A stretch of DNA of 64,000 nucleotides from Octopus bimaculoides. Lineage: Eukaryota. The notes under the pieces were generated by a model. It was not told the origin of the DNA. It worked only from the letters and a program-made list of their open reading frames with translations, and did not search any database. The position numbers and the translations under genes were made by a program. Shown piece after piece: positions 1-11,891 of this stretch. Where the stretch lies: contig NC_068981.1 of NCBI RefSeq assembly GCF_001194135.2, positions 37,528,761-37,592,760 of the forward strand, written 5' to 3'. Positions within the stretch are counted from its first letter, which is position 1. Each line of letters opens with the position of its first letter.

Positions 1-19
1 CAACACGAAATACATATAT

Positions 20-350
20 ACTTATTCTTTTATTCTTTTACTTGTTTCACTCATTTGACTATGACCATGCTGGAGCACTGCTTTTAGTTGAACACATTCG
101 CTCCAGGACTTATTCTTTGTAAGCCTAGTACTTATTCTGTCGGTATCTTTTGCCAAACGGCTAAGTTACAGGGATGTAAACACATCAACGTCAGCTGTGA
201 AGCGATGGTGGGGGACTAACACAGACACACATATACACACACATGCACGCACACATACACATACATGCACATTATATTATATTACACACACGAACATGTG
301 TCTGTTCATACACACACACACATGCACACACACACATGCACACACATATT
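20..350 (-). mobile_element. SINE family A, 3' tail plus internal (CA)n microsatellite (head absent)
   Basis: TATTCTTTTACTTGTTTCA..TCATTTGACT..GCCATGCTGGAGCAC..CTTATTCTTTGTAAGCCTAGTACTTATTCT block recurs at 9851, 28510 and 37081, and in opposite orientation at 62760. Confidence 0.8.
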
Positions 351-2334
351 TTAGAGTACTATAGTTTTCACGAAGCTCTGTTTCATTATTATAAATGCCT
401 GTATTTTTTTAGAAATCTAAACAATGCAATTTATAAAGATAATTTTACCTCAGGACTTCTTTTCAGCGAATCTTTGGAGAAACGGTGTTGTAAACTGACT
501 TCTACTGGGTAGAGAGATCAGCTAATCACACCTATTTTCCAAAGATTACTCGAAGAAGGGGTTCTAACCTGAAGTATTGAAATACCAATTAAAACCATAA
601 ATATCTGAATTATTTATATAACTTGTATTGTTTTCGCTTAAAAAAATATAATTAAATGCACACACACACAAGTGCATACACATATATGCTGCTAGTTAAT
701 ATCAGTAATATATATATATATAATATATATTTCTGTGTGCAACATGAAACAGAATGCAAAACTAGATAGATTAAAATAATTATATTATGTTTCCCAGCAA
801 GCTTTTGTTTATTGAGTTTAATCTGTGAAAAGGCCTATAATCATAGGTATCCCAACCATGACTGATTTGTTTTTGTATGTCAAGGTCTACATTATTCAAT
901 GAGTCTTTTATTTTTAAGATTATATGGTGTGATTTGGAGGTAATTTGTTTGTTATTTCTAGCAGGATCAACAACAGAACAGAAGATTCCTCACTGCTTCA
1001 TGCAAACATTTATAAAAAGATATGTTACTTTTGTAAAATTTCTTCTAACATTGTGCTGTGATACTTTACAGAGAATGACTGGGTATACATATATATAGCA
1101 TAACACTACATCTCATGTCATAACACTTTCCTGTCAGTTGTTGGCAATCTTCCCAGAATTTTTATTTGATCTTCTCTGACATCTTACAATGGTCATCTTG
1201 GAGTAGAGTAAATCAATTTGAAAGAAATTAGGTCTTTTTGCTCATACATTTTAAGAAATTACTTTCTATCTTTTGGTTTTTATGATAATTGAGGCTTTCA
1301 AGTAGAAGTCTAATTACAAATTCCAAATTTTTTCACAGATTCCTGACTGGTATGTCTACAATTGCAGTTCTTCCATTGCTTGTGGAGAAATTCTTTAATA
1401 AGAAGATTATAGTCAGCTTCTTGGCAATAGCAGCTAGTTAGTAACCCTTCTTTTAACTCTTGGACTCAAGCCTCTTTATAGACCCAGATAGTTTATTTTT
1501 CTATCTGATGTCTATTTTTTTTTTTTTTCATTAAAGGGACCATCAGATTAATTTGAATAATAAATCAACAAAAAAAATCATTACACCAAATGTTAATGAA
1601 TCAACTTTGTATACATCTTTTACTACAACTGAGCAAAATTAAGAACAGAGGAGAAAAGTAGAAATAAAGGAATAAAATTAGCTTGGAAAAGATACACATT
1701 TTAAGAAGTCATATCATTATCTTAATCATAACATGTAACTTTGATTTCCATGGCACCATTTTGCTGCATTTTAAATAATCAGGATGTTTTTAGATGTACT
1801 TTTCTTACAGATGATTTATCATATAAAAATATACACTATACATTGGTAATTTTCTGCCATTTTTCAGAGCAGGATTTTTGTATATAGAAAACTTGATCTT
1901 GAAGTTTTGTCAAGCTTCATTATTGAATACATATCATTGTGTTGTTATAAGATTTCTGTTTATGAAAACAAAAAGTGGCTTATATAGGTTATCTAATAAA
2001 TAACATGTTTTTATTATTCTTCAGGTTAACTAAAAGCTGAGATAATGTACTTGGATTTTATTTATGAATTAAAAAGAATGCTAAACATCTCATCATTTTC
2101 AGGTCAGTTTCTCTTTATAATCAAGTCATTTCTGTTGTGGCATCTTTTTTTTATTGTTGTGGTAGTAATTGACTTGGGTAAGTGGAGTATCACTACTTAG
2201 ACCCAGTCATTGACATAACACACTAAATGCAATGAGATACACACTCAAAATGCATGAGCTGAAAGGCTAATAGTTTGTTTACTCTGCTCTCACAATTTTC
2301 TCCTCTCTTTATAACTGCATTGTTAACTGTTGTT

Positions 2335-2570
2335 ATTGTCCTTCTTCTTCTTCTTCTTCTTCTTCTTCTTCTTCTCATTATTATTACATGTAGTAGTAGG
2401 AGGAGGAGGAGGAGGATAGGTGGAGTAAGAGGAGGAGTGCTGTTGTTGCTGCAGTTGATATTATCATCACCATCATCATCATCCTCCTCATCATTGTTTG
2501 CATTGTCATCGTTGTTGACATCATCATCATCACCATTATCACCAACAACATCAGCAACATTGTCATTCTC
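2335..2570. repeat. Compound trinucleotide microsatellite (CTT/GGA/CAT)n
   Basis: Visible triplet runs; source of the low-complexity ORFs at 2275-2590. Confidence 0.9.
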
Positions 2571-3452
2571 ATTAGTTTAACATTCGGCATGGAATGAATT
2601 AATCAGGAATACAATATTTTTCAGAGCATCTCACTCCAGCCTCATTTTGTCTGGGAGGCCTAACATGATAATCAATATATTACTAAAGTGATTAAAAAGT
2701 CAAAACAAGCAAGTAAAAATGCAGATAACGACTAACTCATTATGGGTTTGCATAGCCAGCTATTTAGAAACTACAAGTTTACAATAATGGCTCTGTTAGG
2801 TCTTTGACAGAAAATGTCTGAACATTTACAAGGAAAGGCATTTTCTCATTTATCTTCTTTTGATGTACACTGAACCAAATTTAATTTAAAAGATGTCTGT
2901 CTCATTTGTCACCTTTACTTGACTGAATCTTGGTAATTTACATCCACCACCTCTACCACTACCACTACCATCAAGAAAGTCTGGCATATGCCTATTGAAT
3001 CAGTATCCAAATTTCTGTCTGACTCATTCATCTTCCAAAACCGAAGCAAGTAAATGCAATCTCTCATTGACAATAAAAGACACCTCTTAGGGGACATACA
3101 TTCATATTTTCTCAATCCTCAGGCACAAGGCCTATTCATGCTGTGAGTCATCACACTGCCTTCATATTACCTAATAATTTCTGCCACTCAATTTATGCCA
3201 GCACGACTGGCCTTGTGTTATCTTAAATCATTAAAATACCAGCACCTTTGTAGCATGTTTAATTAGTCCATCAACATGGGGTCCCATCAGGTCATTGTTA
3301 TGGTTTCTTAATGCATTAGAATTGTTCACTACCCTAGAATTATTACAGTGTAAACCAAGTTAGTTCCATAATAGATAGAATAGTTCTAATGGAGATCTAT
3401 CATGATAACAATTTGTAACATAGGCTCAAGGCTTAAAATTATAATTTTTTTA

Positions 3453-3483
<31 letters not shown>

Positions 3484-3954
3484 AGTGTGTGCTCGCGCGC
3501 GCGTATGTGTGTGCGTGTGTGTGTGACATGCTGCACTTGATTAAATCAAACCCATGACTTAATTGATATTTCACTCTATAAACCCCAGAAGGGTGAAAGG
3601 TATATTTCAACCAACAGAATTTGAACTCTAAATATAAGTAACTGTAGCTAAATACTGCATGACATTTTGCCTGTCTCTCTCTCTCTACCTATTCTATTAA
3701 TCAGTAATCTAGATCTGTCTTAGCTGATATGATAGAATTGATATCTGCTTAATAGTTTTTTTCTTTTATCGTTGTTTATTGTTATTTACTGTCCTACACA
3801 TTATCAAATACCCAAAATAATTAAGATCACTTACAAGTAAAAATATATTTCATAGTCATATGAATATTCATATATGCATATACACACAAGCATGTGCATA
3901 TTGTTGTTAATATTGAAAACAATTTCTGTAGTTCTTCAATGAATTATGCAATGT

Positions 3955-4090
3955 ACTACAACAAGAACTACTATTACTACTACTGCTGCTGTTGCTGCTG
4001 CTGCTGTTGTTACTACTACTACAACTACTGCTGCTGCTGCTGCTAATAATCATAATAATAATGCTAATAATAAAAATAATAATAATAATC
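3955..4090. repeat. Compound trinucleotide microsatellite (CTA/CTG/TAA)n
   Basis: Visible triplet runs. Confidence 0.9.
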
Positions 4091-4124
4091 CTTTTTACTA
4101 TAGGCACAACTTCAGTATGCAACT

Positions 4125-4268
4125 GGTACTTAATTTTTTTTATCGACCTCGAAAAGATCAAAGCAAGGTCTACCTTGGCGGAATTTGAACCCAGAATGTT
4201 AGGATGGACCAAATGCTGCAAAGCATTTTGCTCAGCGTGCTAATGATTCTGCCAGCTCGTCACCTTAC
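4125..4268 (-). mobile_element. SINE family B (tRNA-like head plus Meta-like domain), 5' fragment
   Basis: Matches 5440-5620 and 49910-50120 (GGCGGAATTTGAAC..AGAA..GCATTTT..CAGCGTGCTAATGATTCTGCCAGCTCG). Confidence 0.75.
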
Positions 4269-4339
4269 TAACAATAGAAAGACAGACATAAAGGGTTGGG
4301 GGTTTACATATAATGGAATGATAAAATGAAAAGTATACA

Positions 4340-5400
4340 TAGTATACATTAGAAGAAAGGGAGTATGCATAGTATATGACACTAGAAAAAAGGGGAAAAA
4401 AGTGATTGTGATGGGATCACCCTGTTAAAGGAGGACCTCAAGGGATAATCAAGGAAACCCACCATCGAAAATCACTCTGAATACCAAGGACAAGAGCCCT
4501 CTCTAACTTCTTACTTCCAGCTCACGGGTCTATGCCGAGAGTAGTTCCATCCACTCTTGCCATTTTAGCAACTTTCACTCACCTTTTCATAAATTCACTG
4601 AAGGACAGCACCTCCTTCTGCACCCTCACTTTCCTTTTCAAGTGAAACTTGAAAACATCGATGAAGGCTTTGCCAAAGAGGAATGTTTCTATCCTCTTTC
4701 CTTTCAGTCTCGTCCACTAGAAAACCTCTTTCACCACAGCCACCAGAAAACGGAATACTGTCTTGCCAGCCCAATTAAAGAAGGGTAGTGGGGTAATCAT
4801 CATTATGGACTCAGCTGACAGACGGATCTGTCCTACATGAACGAATGCATGCAGAACAGTTTCTTCACTCAGTGAGCACCACGGACAAGCCCGTCTGACA
4901 GCACATCCGTGCCTGTAGTGTTTATCTCGAACCAGTATCACTGCCAGGCCAACGACATCTGGAAATTATCCATAACTGTCCCTGACTAGAATGGACTTGC
5001 CAGTTCGTTTTCGTCGACGCCTAGGGTCTCCCCGAGGAAGTCGCCGCACTTCCCCGCTACTAATCTTCTGTAAATATCTAGAGTGGAACATCTACCAACC
5101 CTATTGCCCGACTAGTAGAGGACAGTGTGTACCTGACGACATTCTAAGTGCCAGGCGCTCAGTCTCGGCTTATCCTTTACCCAGGACTGCAGCTCCGTCA
5201 AGGAGACGAGCTGCGAAAAGGCGTATCTCACAAACGTTGACTTTCAAGAAATCGCTGCAGATGATGCAACCTGAGTTGCATCATCTGCACATTAAAAGCC
5301 ATGGTATGCCTTAGCCGCCACGCAAAGGAAGTTGGTTGCCGACCGACCGCCTGACTATTGGAACGTGTCACTTCCACAAGAAAATAAACAGGATGCGCTC
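4340..5400 (-). mobile_element. 5'-truncated, decayed L1/Tx1-clade LINE (ORF2 C-terminus and 3' UTR)
   Basis: Minus-strand translation with stops and frameshifts: MDNFQMSLAWQ..RDKHYRHG..RACPWCSLSEETVLHAF (C-terminal zinc knuckle)..FKFHLKRKVRV..; typical of Tx1-type ORF2 ends. Confidence 0.75.
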
Positions 5401-5439
5401 CAATCTAATCAAGTATTAACTAGAGCAACGCAAACTAGG

Positions 5440-5620
5440 GCAAAGTTTTGGGGGAAGGGACCAGTCGATTAGATCGATCCCAGTACGCAACTGATACTTA
5501 ATTTATTGACCCCGAAAGGATGAAAGCAAAGTTGACCTTGGCGGAATTTGAACTCAGAACATAAAGACAGACGAAATACTGGTAAGCATTTCGCCCAGCG
5601 TGCTAACGATTCTGCCAGAA
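5440..5620 (-). mobile_element. SINE family B copy
   Basis: Reverse complement gives ..GCAGAATCGTTAGCACGCTGGGCGAAATGC..GAGTTCAAATTCCGCC..TTTCATCCTTTCGGGGTCAATAAATTAAGTA (B-box plus Meta-like core). Confidence 0.8.
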
Positions 5621-5714
5621 TAATAATAATAATAATAAGAAGAAGAAGAACCTGCTGGACCCGTGAAAAATTCACGGAAAACATTAAAAATGTAAGCATC
5701 TGTAAACATTGTAC

Positions 5715-5895
5715 TGGTGCCATGCGAAATGTTTGTATATTATGACCGTCTGTCTTTATGTTCTGAGTTCAAATTCTGCCGAGGTCGACTTTGCCTTTCG
5801 TCATTTGAAGCTCGATAAATTAAGTACCAGTTGTGATTGAGGTCGATCTAATCAACTGGCCCCACTCTCCACAAACATTTCAGGCATAGAAAAGT
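5715..5895 (+). mobile_element. SINE family B copy, head-to-head with the 5440-5620 copy
   Basis: GTCTGTCTTTATGTTCTGAGTTCAAATTCTGCCGAGGTCGACTTTGCCTTTC..GATAAATTAAGTACCAG. Confidence 0.8.
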
Positions 5896-6118
5896 ATATT
5901 GTGACTGTTGCAGAATATAGAATGTAATGTAACACTAATGACTATATAATCCAACTAAAATCTCTGTTACACAAACGTAAACGGAATTGTTATTAAACCT
6001 TAGAATACATCGTACATATTCAAAAAATCTTCTTGGTTTAGTGGTACGGAACGTTTTTCTGGTATTCTTTCATTCTTTTACTAGCTTCAATCATTTGACG
6101 GTAGTCATGCTAGAGCAC

Positions 6119-6684
6119 GGATCTTTTTTAAAACGGGGGCCACATTTTTCATTAACGAAACACTTTGAAACTTGGAACACTGGTAGAATGTGTCATATAA
6201 AACATCTTTTTCTCTTAGTCTTCTTTAAAAAAAAAAGAAATCCCTAAGTTATTCCATGTTAAATTTGTCGTATTTCTGTAATTTCAACCAATCACTGACG
6301 TCCATTCAGCCGATATACATTAAGTGCCGACTACATAAGTAAACGATTCTGAAACAATTCTATCGGTGATAGGGTTAGGGTTAGGGTTAGGGTAAAACAG
6401 CAAATTTAAAAAGAAAAAAGCAAAACGAAGCTATGGAAATTAAATACGCTTTACACCGCTTAATCAGCTAAAGGAGTAAATATAAACAACTGAATACTTG
6501 TCAGTGATTGGTTGAAATTATCGAAATAAGACAATTTTTTACATGAAATAAATTCGAATACAAAAATATTTTTCTGTTCTATAACACAAAATAGATAAGT
6601 ATACGAAGTTTGAAAGTCTTTCGGTAGCAAAAACACTACGTAAAACATTAATGAAAAATGTGGCCCCCGTTTTAAAAAAGATCC
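6119..6684. mobile_element. Non-autonomous TIR element (MITE), 566 bp, 8-bp TSD; Merlin- or hAT-like; inserted in a family A SINE tail
   Basis: Perfect 37-bp TIRs (6119-6155 and 6648-6684, GGATCTTTTTTAAAACGGGGGCCACATTTTTCATTAA); TAGAGCAC duplicated at 6111-6118 and 6685-6692; SINE sequence resumes after the TSD. Confidence 0.92.
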
Positions 6685-7269
6685 TAGAGCACCACCCTTT
6701 AGTCAAAGAAATTGACCTCTTCTGCTGAACAGCTAAGTTACAGAGACGCAAACGCATGAACATCTGTGTGAAGTAATGGTGGTGGTGGAACACGCACAGA
6801 CACAAACACATACGCACATACATACGTGCATACATACATATATTTATATATGATGGGCTTGGGGGTAGTGGTGACGCTGGCTGGTGCGACCTTGTGGTTT
6901 GCTGGTATACCGAGAGAGATCCAGTCCACAATCATATAATACAAACATACCCACAATCATATAATACGAACATACACATACATGCACACACATACTTAGA
7001 GAGAGAGGCAGACAGACAGTAAGTGTTAGTCCACAACGAAGTTTTCACCCCCCCTCTCTCTCTCTCTCTCTCTCTGTCTCCCTACCTGTTGCTTTGCCAA
7101 TGACTGGAATTGTTTTAGTTGTCTTCAAAAGAGAAATTGACATCCAAGATTTGCTATGTGTAAGTATCTACCGATTTAAGTATCTGCTGTCTCTCTCACT
7201 CTCTCTCTTTCTCTCTCCCTTCCGCTCTGTCCTCCACCCTCTCGCTTTGCCACTTCTTTGAAGTGTGAC

Positions 7270-7541
7270 ACTGTTACTAAATTTTCTGCAGCCACCTTCA
7301 CATTCCATGACTACCATTGGGATCGATCAGGTACCGGACAAGGATTCTGGATTATTTTTCTGTTTTTTTTTCTTTTTTTTTACTTAATTTTTGAGAGTGG
7401 TCGGGTTCATTTTTAGTATTCTCGTTTGTGAGAGCACTCGCGTTTATTTCAGATATTCTCATTTTAAAAATCCTCTCTGACTAATCGTTGAGAGGACGTT
7501 GGTGTTGCCTTGGTGGAGGTTTGCACTCTCTGAGTGCTCTA

Positions 7542-7545
<4 letters not shown>
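7270..7545 (+). mobile_element. Probable Helentron/HINE-like non-autonomous element, 3' part
   Basis: Ends CCTTGGTGGAGGTTTGCACTC-TCT-GAGTGCTCTAA with a subterminal hairpin at 7523-7537; resembles recalled HINE-type ends; 5' boundary unclear. Confidence 0.4.
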
Positions 7546-7573
<28 letters not shown>

Positions 7574-7686
7574 CATCATCATCATCATCATCATCATCAA
7601 TAATATTAATATGCTAACTTCTTTTTTTATATACTTTTCTTCTTTTATGCATTTTTAAATCTAAGATACGTTTTTTGAAGCTACCG

Positions 7687-7790
7687 GACCTGAAGAGTGT
7701 CCTCATATTGGGTGGTATCTATCTTGATCGATTCATTGTAGATTGACCAGATATTTCCCACTGTTATGTGGCCATGAAACGCGCGTAGTC
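7687..7790 (+). ncRNA. Type I hammerhead ribozyme motif (Penelope-associated type)
   Basis: GAC|CTGAAGA (7690-96), long imperfect stem II (7697-7775), GAAAC-GCGC-GTA (7776-87), GTC; stem I GAC/GTC; palindromic stem III ACGCGCGT. Confidence 0.75.
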
Positions 7791-8070
7791 TTTCTCCCAC
7801 TTTCATTTCTTAAACGTAACCGATTTCAATTCTTAGTCCAATATTTCATAGATTCTTATGTATTATAAATTCTCCCTTGGATTTTTTAGATTTTTAAACT
7901 AGTTTTGTATAGTACACTTTTCTTGATGGTATCTGATCTCCTTCTTCGTGTGAGTTGCACCATGGTGGTTCTTCTCTAAATTATTAAAATATTTTTCAAT
8001 ATACAACTCAATTTGATATTATCAAATTGTATTTCCTTGTAAGTTCGGATTTTGTAATTCCCTAACATTA
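7791..8070 (-). mobile_element. Possible decayed Penelope-like element ORF fragment next to the hammerhead
   Basis: K-rich interrupted minus-strand frame abutting the ribozyme and running into (TA)n at a gap; no catalytic motif seen. Confidence 0.3.
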
Positions 8071-8184
8071 TAATATATATATATATATANNNNNNNNNNN
8101 NNNNNNNNNNNNNNNNNNNNNNNNNNNNNNATGTATGTATGTATGTATGTATGTATGCATGTATGTATTATCTATCTATCTGTC

Positions 8185-8221
<37 letters not shown>

Positions 8222-8225
<4 letters not shown>

Positions 8226-9095
8226 GGGGTGTAATAGGTAAATTGTTACCATTTTATGCTTTTGATTTTGTGCATGCACGTTGTTTGATTTTGATTTTGT
8301 CGACTACAAAAAATAGTAGGGTTAGTTGGGCACTGAAAAAACAGGACCATGATGCAATTCACTGTGCCAGAAATTTGGACACAGCATGCTGTACTGCTTG
8401 GCATTCATGCTGGAAGCTCCAATATAAACATTTCAGTGTGTTTGGGCGTCAATCTGAGGACAGTCAATGTACCAAGAGAGATAAAAATCAAACATCCAGT
8501 CAGCATCTTGGTGTTTGGAGTGATCACTAGTGATGGTGACGTTATACCTCCATTCATCTTCCCAACCGACTTTAGATTCAACACAGAGGTCTAAATCAAG
8601 TTCTCGGAGGAGGTATTGCTGCCCTGGATTAAGAGGGTGGCTGCTGGAAGATCCTATGTCTGGCAACAGGACTCTGCACCATGCCACACAAGCAGGAGTA
8701 CTCAGTCTTGGTTATGAGACAATTTCTGTGACTACATCATCCCTAATATCTAGTCACTTAACTCACCAGACTGCAACCCCCTTAATTAGTATGCATGAGG
8801 TGCAGCTGAGTGAGAGACCAACAAAACTCCTTGTAACACCAAACATGAACTGAAGGCAAGGATTATTGCAGCATTCACCGACTTAAACAAGGAGACCCTC
8901 CAAAAGAGCTGCAGAAGATTCTGAAGTCGTCTGGAGATCGTGGTTGAAGCCAATGACGATTTTATTTAATAAACTTACTCATTAGTATTTCAAGATATCT
9001 TAATGTAATTTTGGTAAATATATCTGTTAAAATGAGACGTCAGTGTTATTTTCATTTTTGCATAATTTAGACGACAATATATTCACCTCACCCAT
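8222..9095 (+). mobile_element. Internally deleted Tc1/mariner maT-family (DD37D) transposon
   Basis: Translation across stops and frameshifts: KHPVSILVFGVITSDG..YVWQQDSAPCHTSR..NSPDCNPL(N/D); 37 residues between the second and third catalytic positions; C-terminus ..RSRLEIVVEANDDFI. Confidence 0.85.
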
Positions 9096-9850
9096 TATGT
9101 ATGTATGTGTGTCTTTGTGTTTGTGTCAATTCCCCCACCACATGACAACTGGTTTTGATTTGTTTATGTCTCTATAACTTAGCAGTTTGTCAAAAGAAAC
9201 CGACAGAATATGTACCAAACTTTAGAAAGGTACTGGGGTCAATTTGTTGAAGTAAGAAAACCTCCTCTCTAACTTTTACTTTTTAATATTTAATATTGAA
9301 ACAAAATTTATGATAGCATAAATATGGCAACATACTAATAAGTTAAGACCACATCTATATTTCAACTACTGGTTACAGCTCTTCCATTTCATTTATTATA
9401 TTGATGTTTTGAAATACCTTTATTTATTTTTTTAATAAATTTAAAATGTTATGTCTGTGTAAGGAAACAATAACGAAATCAAATAAAGATGAGTAATTCA
9501 ACTACAATAATAGTTGTAAATATAAATGCAAGAAACGGTTGGTGTATGTGAGTGTAAATGAGGGTGTTTTGAAACTATATAGGAGTGTTTGTAAGTGTAA
9601 GTATCAAACAGTATTCTTTTATGAGAATGACCCAGGGGGAAAAAAAAAACAAGAACCACAGTAGGAAAACCATATAGTGATCCAAGAAGTTTATTCAATT
9701 CAAATTAAACCAACTGTGATGAGAAATAGTCATTACCTTAATGAATGATTCTTAGTGAAAGACATAGAAGATAACCTGAAAATTTAGACTAATTCAAATC
9801 AGTTCTGCCAAAGATCAAAACTCATTTAATATTGCATTCTATTTTTTTTT

Positions 9851-10065
9851 TCATTCTTTTCAGCCATTTTGACTGTGGCCATGTTGGAACACCGGCTTTA
9901 GTAAAAAAATCAACCCCAGGATATATTTTTTGTAATCCTAATACTTATTCTATCGGTGTTTTGCCGAACCTCTAAGCTATGGGTACACAAACACACCCAA
10001 CATCGGTTGTCAAGTGATAGTGGTGGTGGTGGGGGGGACAAACACAGACACACAAAAATATATAC

Positions 10066-10111
<46 letters not shown>

Positions 10112-10253
10112 GGCTTCTTTTAGTTTCCATCAACCAAATTCACTCAGAAGGCTTTGGTTAGAAGATACTTGCCCAAGGTGCCACACAATGAGACTGAACC
10201 CGGAACCATGTGTTAGGTAAACCGGCTTTTTACCACACAGCCATTCCTGCACC
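9851..10253 (-). mobile_element. SINE family A, near full length (tRNA-like head, CORE-like domain, internal (TA)n/(CATA)n, tail)
   Basis: Minus strand begins GTGCAGGAATGGCTGTGTGGTAA..GGTTCCGGGTTCAGTC..GGCACCTTGGGCAAGTATCTTCT (B box and CORE-like motif). Confidence 0.85.
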
Positions 10254-10851
10254 TATATCCAATTAATTTTAATTAATTTTAATTTTCTCATTTTCCGTTT
10301 TTTGACTAAAATAAGTTGTTTCATAAATATAGGTTTAATGTGAATAAATTAAAATTTCTTCTTGCCTCGTTACACAATGTATGCTAGTGACTACTTAAAT
10401 TATTCGTTTATAATACATATTTGTGTACAGCATACACCTGTAATTATGGGCAACAACATTCCAGAAAATATTTCTCATGCATTATACACACTAATTGTTT
10501 TTAGCAACATGTTAGATTGTAATAGGAGTGTTTAACTAGATTTATTATAATTGGTGTATAAAATTCGTTGAAAAATTCAAGCATCCTAAATGAAGTAAAA
10601 AGTATAAATTTGAAAGTGAATATTGAGCTTTATAGGTGTAGGTTAGGCTGTAAAGTTTATGTGGAAATTACATGCACATGTTTTTCACGAAAATATTTTG
10701 TATAATATATAAATACAAAATATATTGTTTATATTAAGGCTAAATCTGGTGACAGCATCCATGACCTTTCTGCAAATCTTTTGAAATTGGTAGCTATCAT
10801 GAGACCAGAGATTTAACGTAAATTTTTGCCTCAGAGTGGAGTACACTTATG

Positions 10852-10938
10852 GTGCCCAACAGCTAAGTGGGATGGCTAATGTGTCCAACAGCTAAGTGGG
10901 ATGGTTAACAGTACCCAACAGCTAATGGGATGGGTTAT
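10852..10938. repeat. Minisatellite, three 29-30 bp units (CCAACAGCTAAGTGGGATGG core)
   Basis: Unit starts at 10856, 10885 and 10915. Confidence 0.9.
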
Positions 10939-11891
10939 TCAAGCAAAAGAGTAGGTACAGTTCATTAGCAGTTTCAGCCAACCTGTTTTACTCACAAAGC
11001 TAAAAACTGGTCATTTGCTTATCAAACTTTCAAACTATAGAAAATCCTTATACTTCCACCTCAATGGCCGTATTAGTAAATATGATCTATAATTAAAGCT
11101 CTGATGACCAGCCAGTCATGCACAAAGTGTTTTGCTACAGTTCATATCTTGTTTACAGACTCATTTAGCCAAAATTTTTATCACCTAAATCTAATAATCT
11201 CAGCACCTTGAAAATTACAGAAGACATGCGTTGCCATTCTCTGTATTCTTGCATTCTCTGTAAATTCACCTTTCTTGTAATTTTCCTTTTAATTTTGCAA
11301 CAATTATCATTTCAGACATGATTAACTAAAACATAAATATTATGAAGATGCCTAAATTTTGTAATTTTGTTATTTACAACATATTTTGTTATTGTAATTT
11401 ATATTGACAAAGAAATAGAAATTATTGAAATGGAAAGACAATTTTTACATTTTCTGTTGAATAATTTATGTCAGCCTAGTTCCATACATAACATAGATAG
11501 TGAAAGCATTATTATAAAACAACAACCAGCAATATCCACTACATCAGCCAGTCTTTTTTTTCTTTTTTTTTTGGCACAACACTTTCAATCCAATTACATA
11601 GAAGAAAATGGAATTCCAAGATGCCAGAGATTTAAATAAGCAATAAATAGTCAGAGTCATTAGAGTATTGGATAGAAAACCTCTTAGTATTTGTTCTGTT
11701 TCGAATGTTTAGGGTTGAAATCTCGTGGAGGGTAACTTTATTTCCAATAATTTCGGGTTTGATAAAAAAGGGGCAGTCCAGAATGATGGATTAGTAAAAG
11801 TGGTAGATACGTCGGCCCAGGTGTCATATATTTGTTCTGACTCTTTATGTTCTTAGTTCAAATTTCCCTATAGCCTTATTGCATACACTTA

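Noticed and set aside
6368-6389. Telomere or chromosome-fusion relic
   Set aside because: Only about 3.5 TTAGGG units, enclosed in a TIR element with a TSD.
10852-10938. CRISPR-like array
   Set aside because: Units are contiguous tandem copies without unique spacers, in a eukaryotic context with no cas genes.
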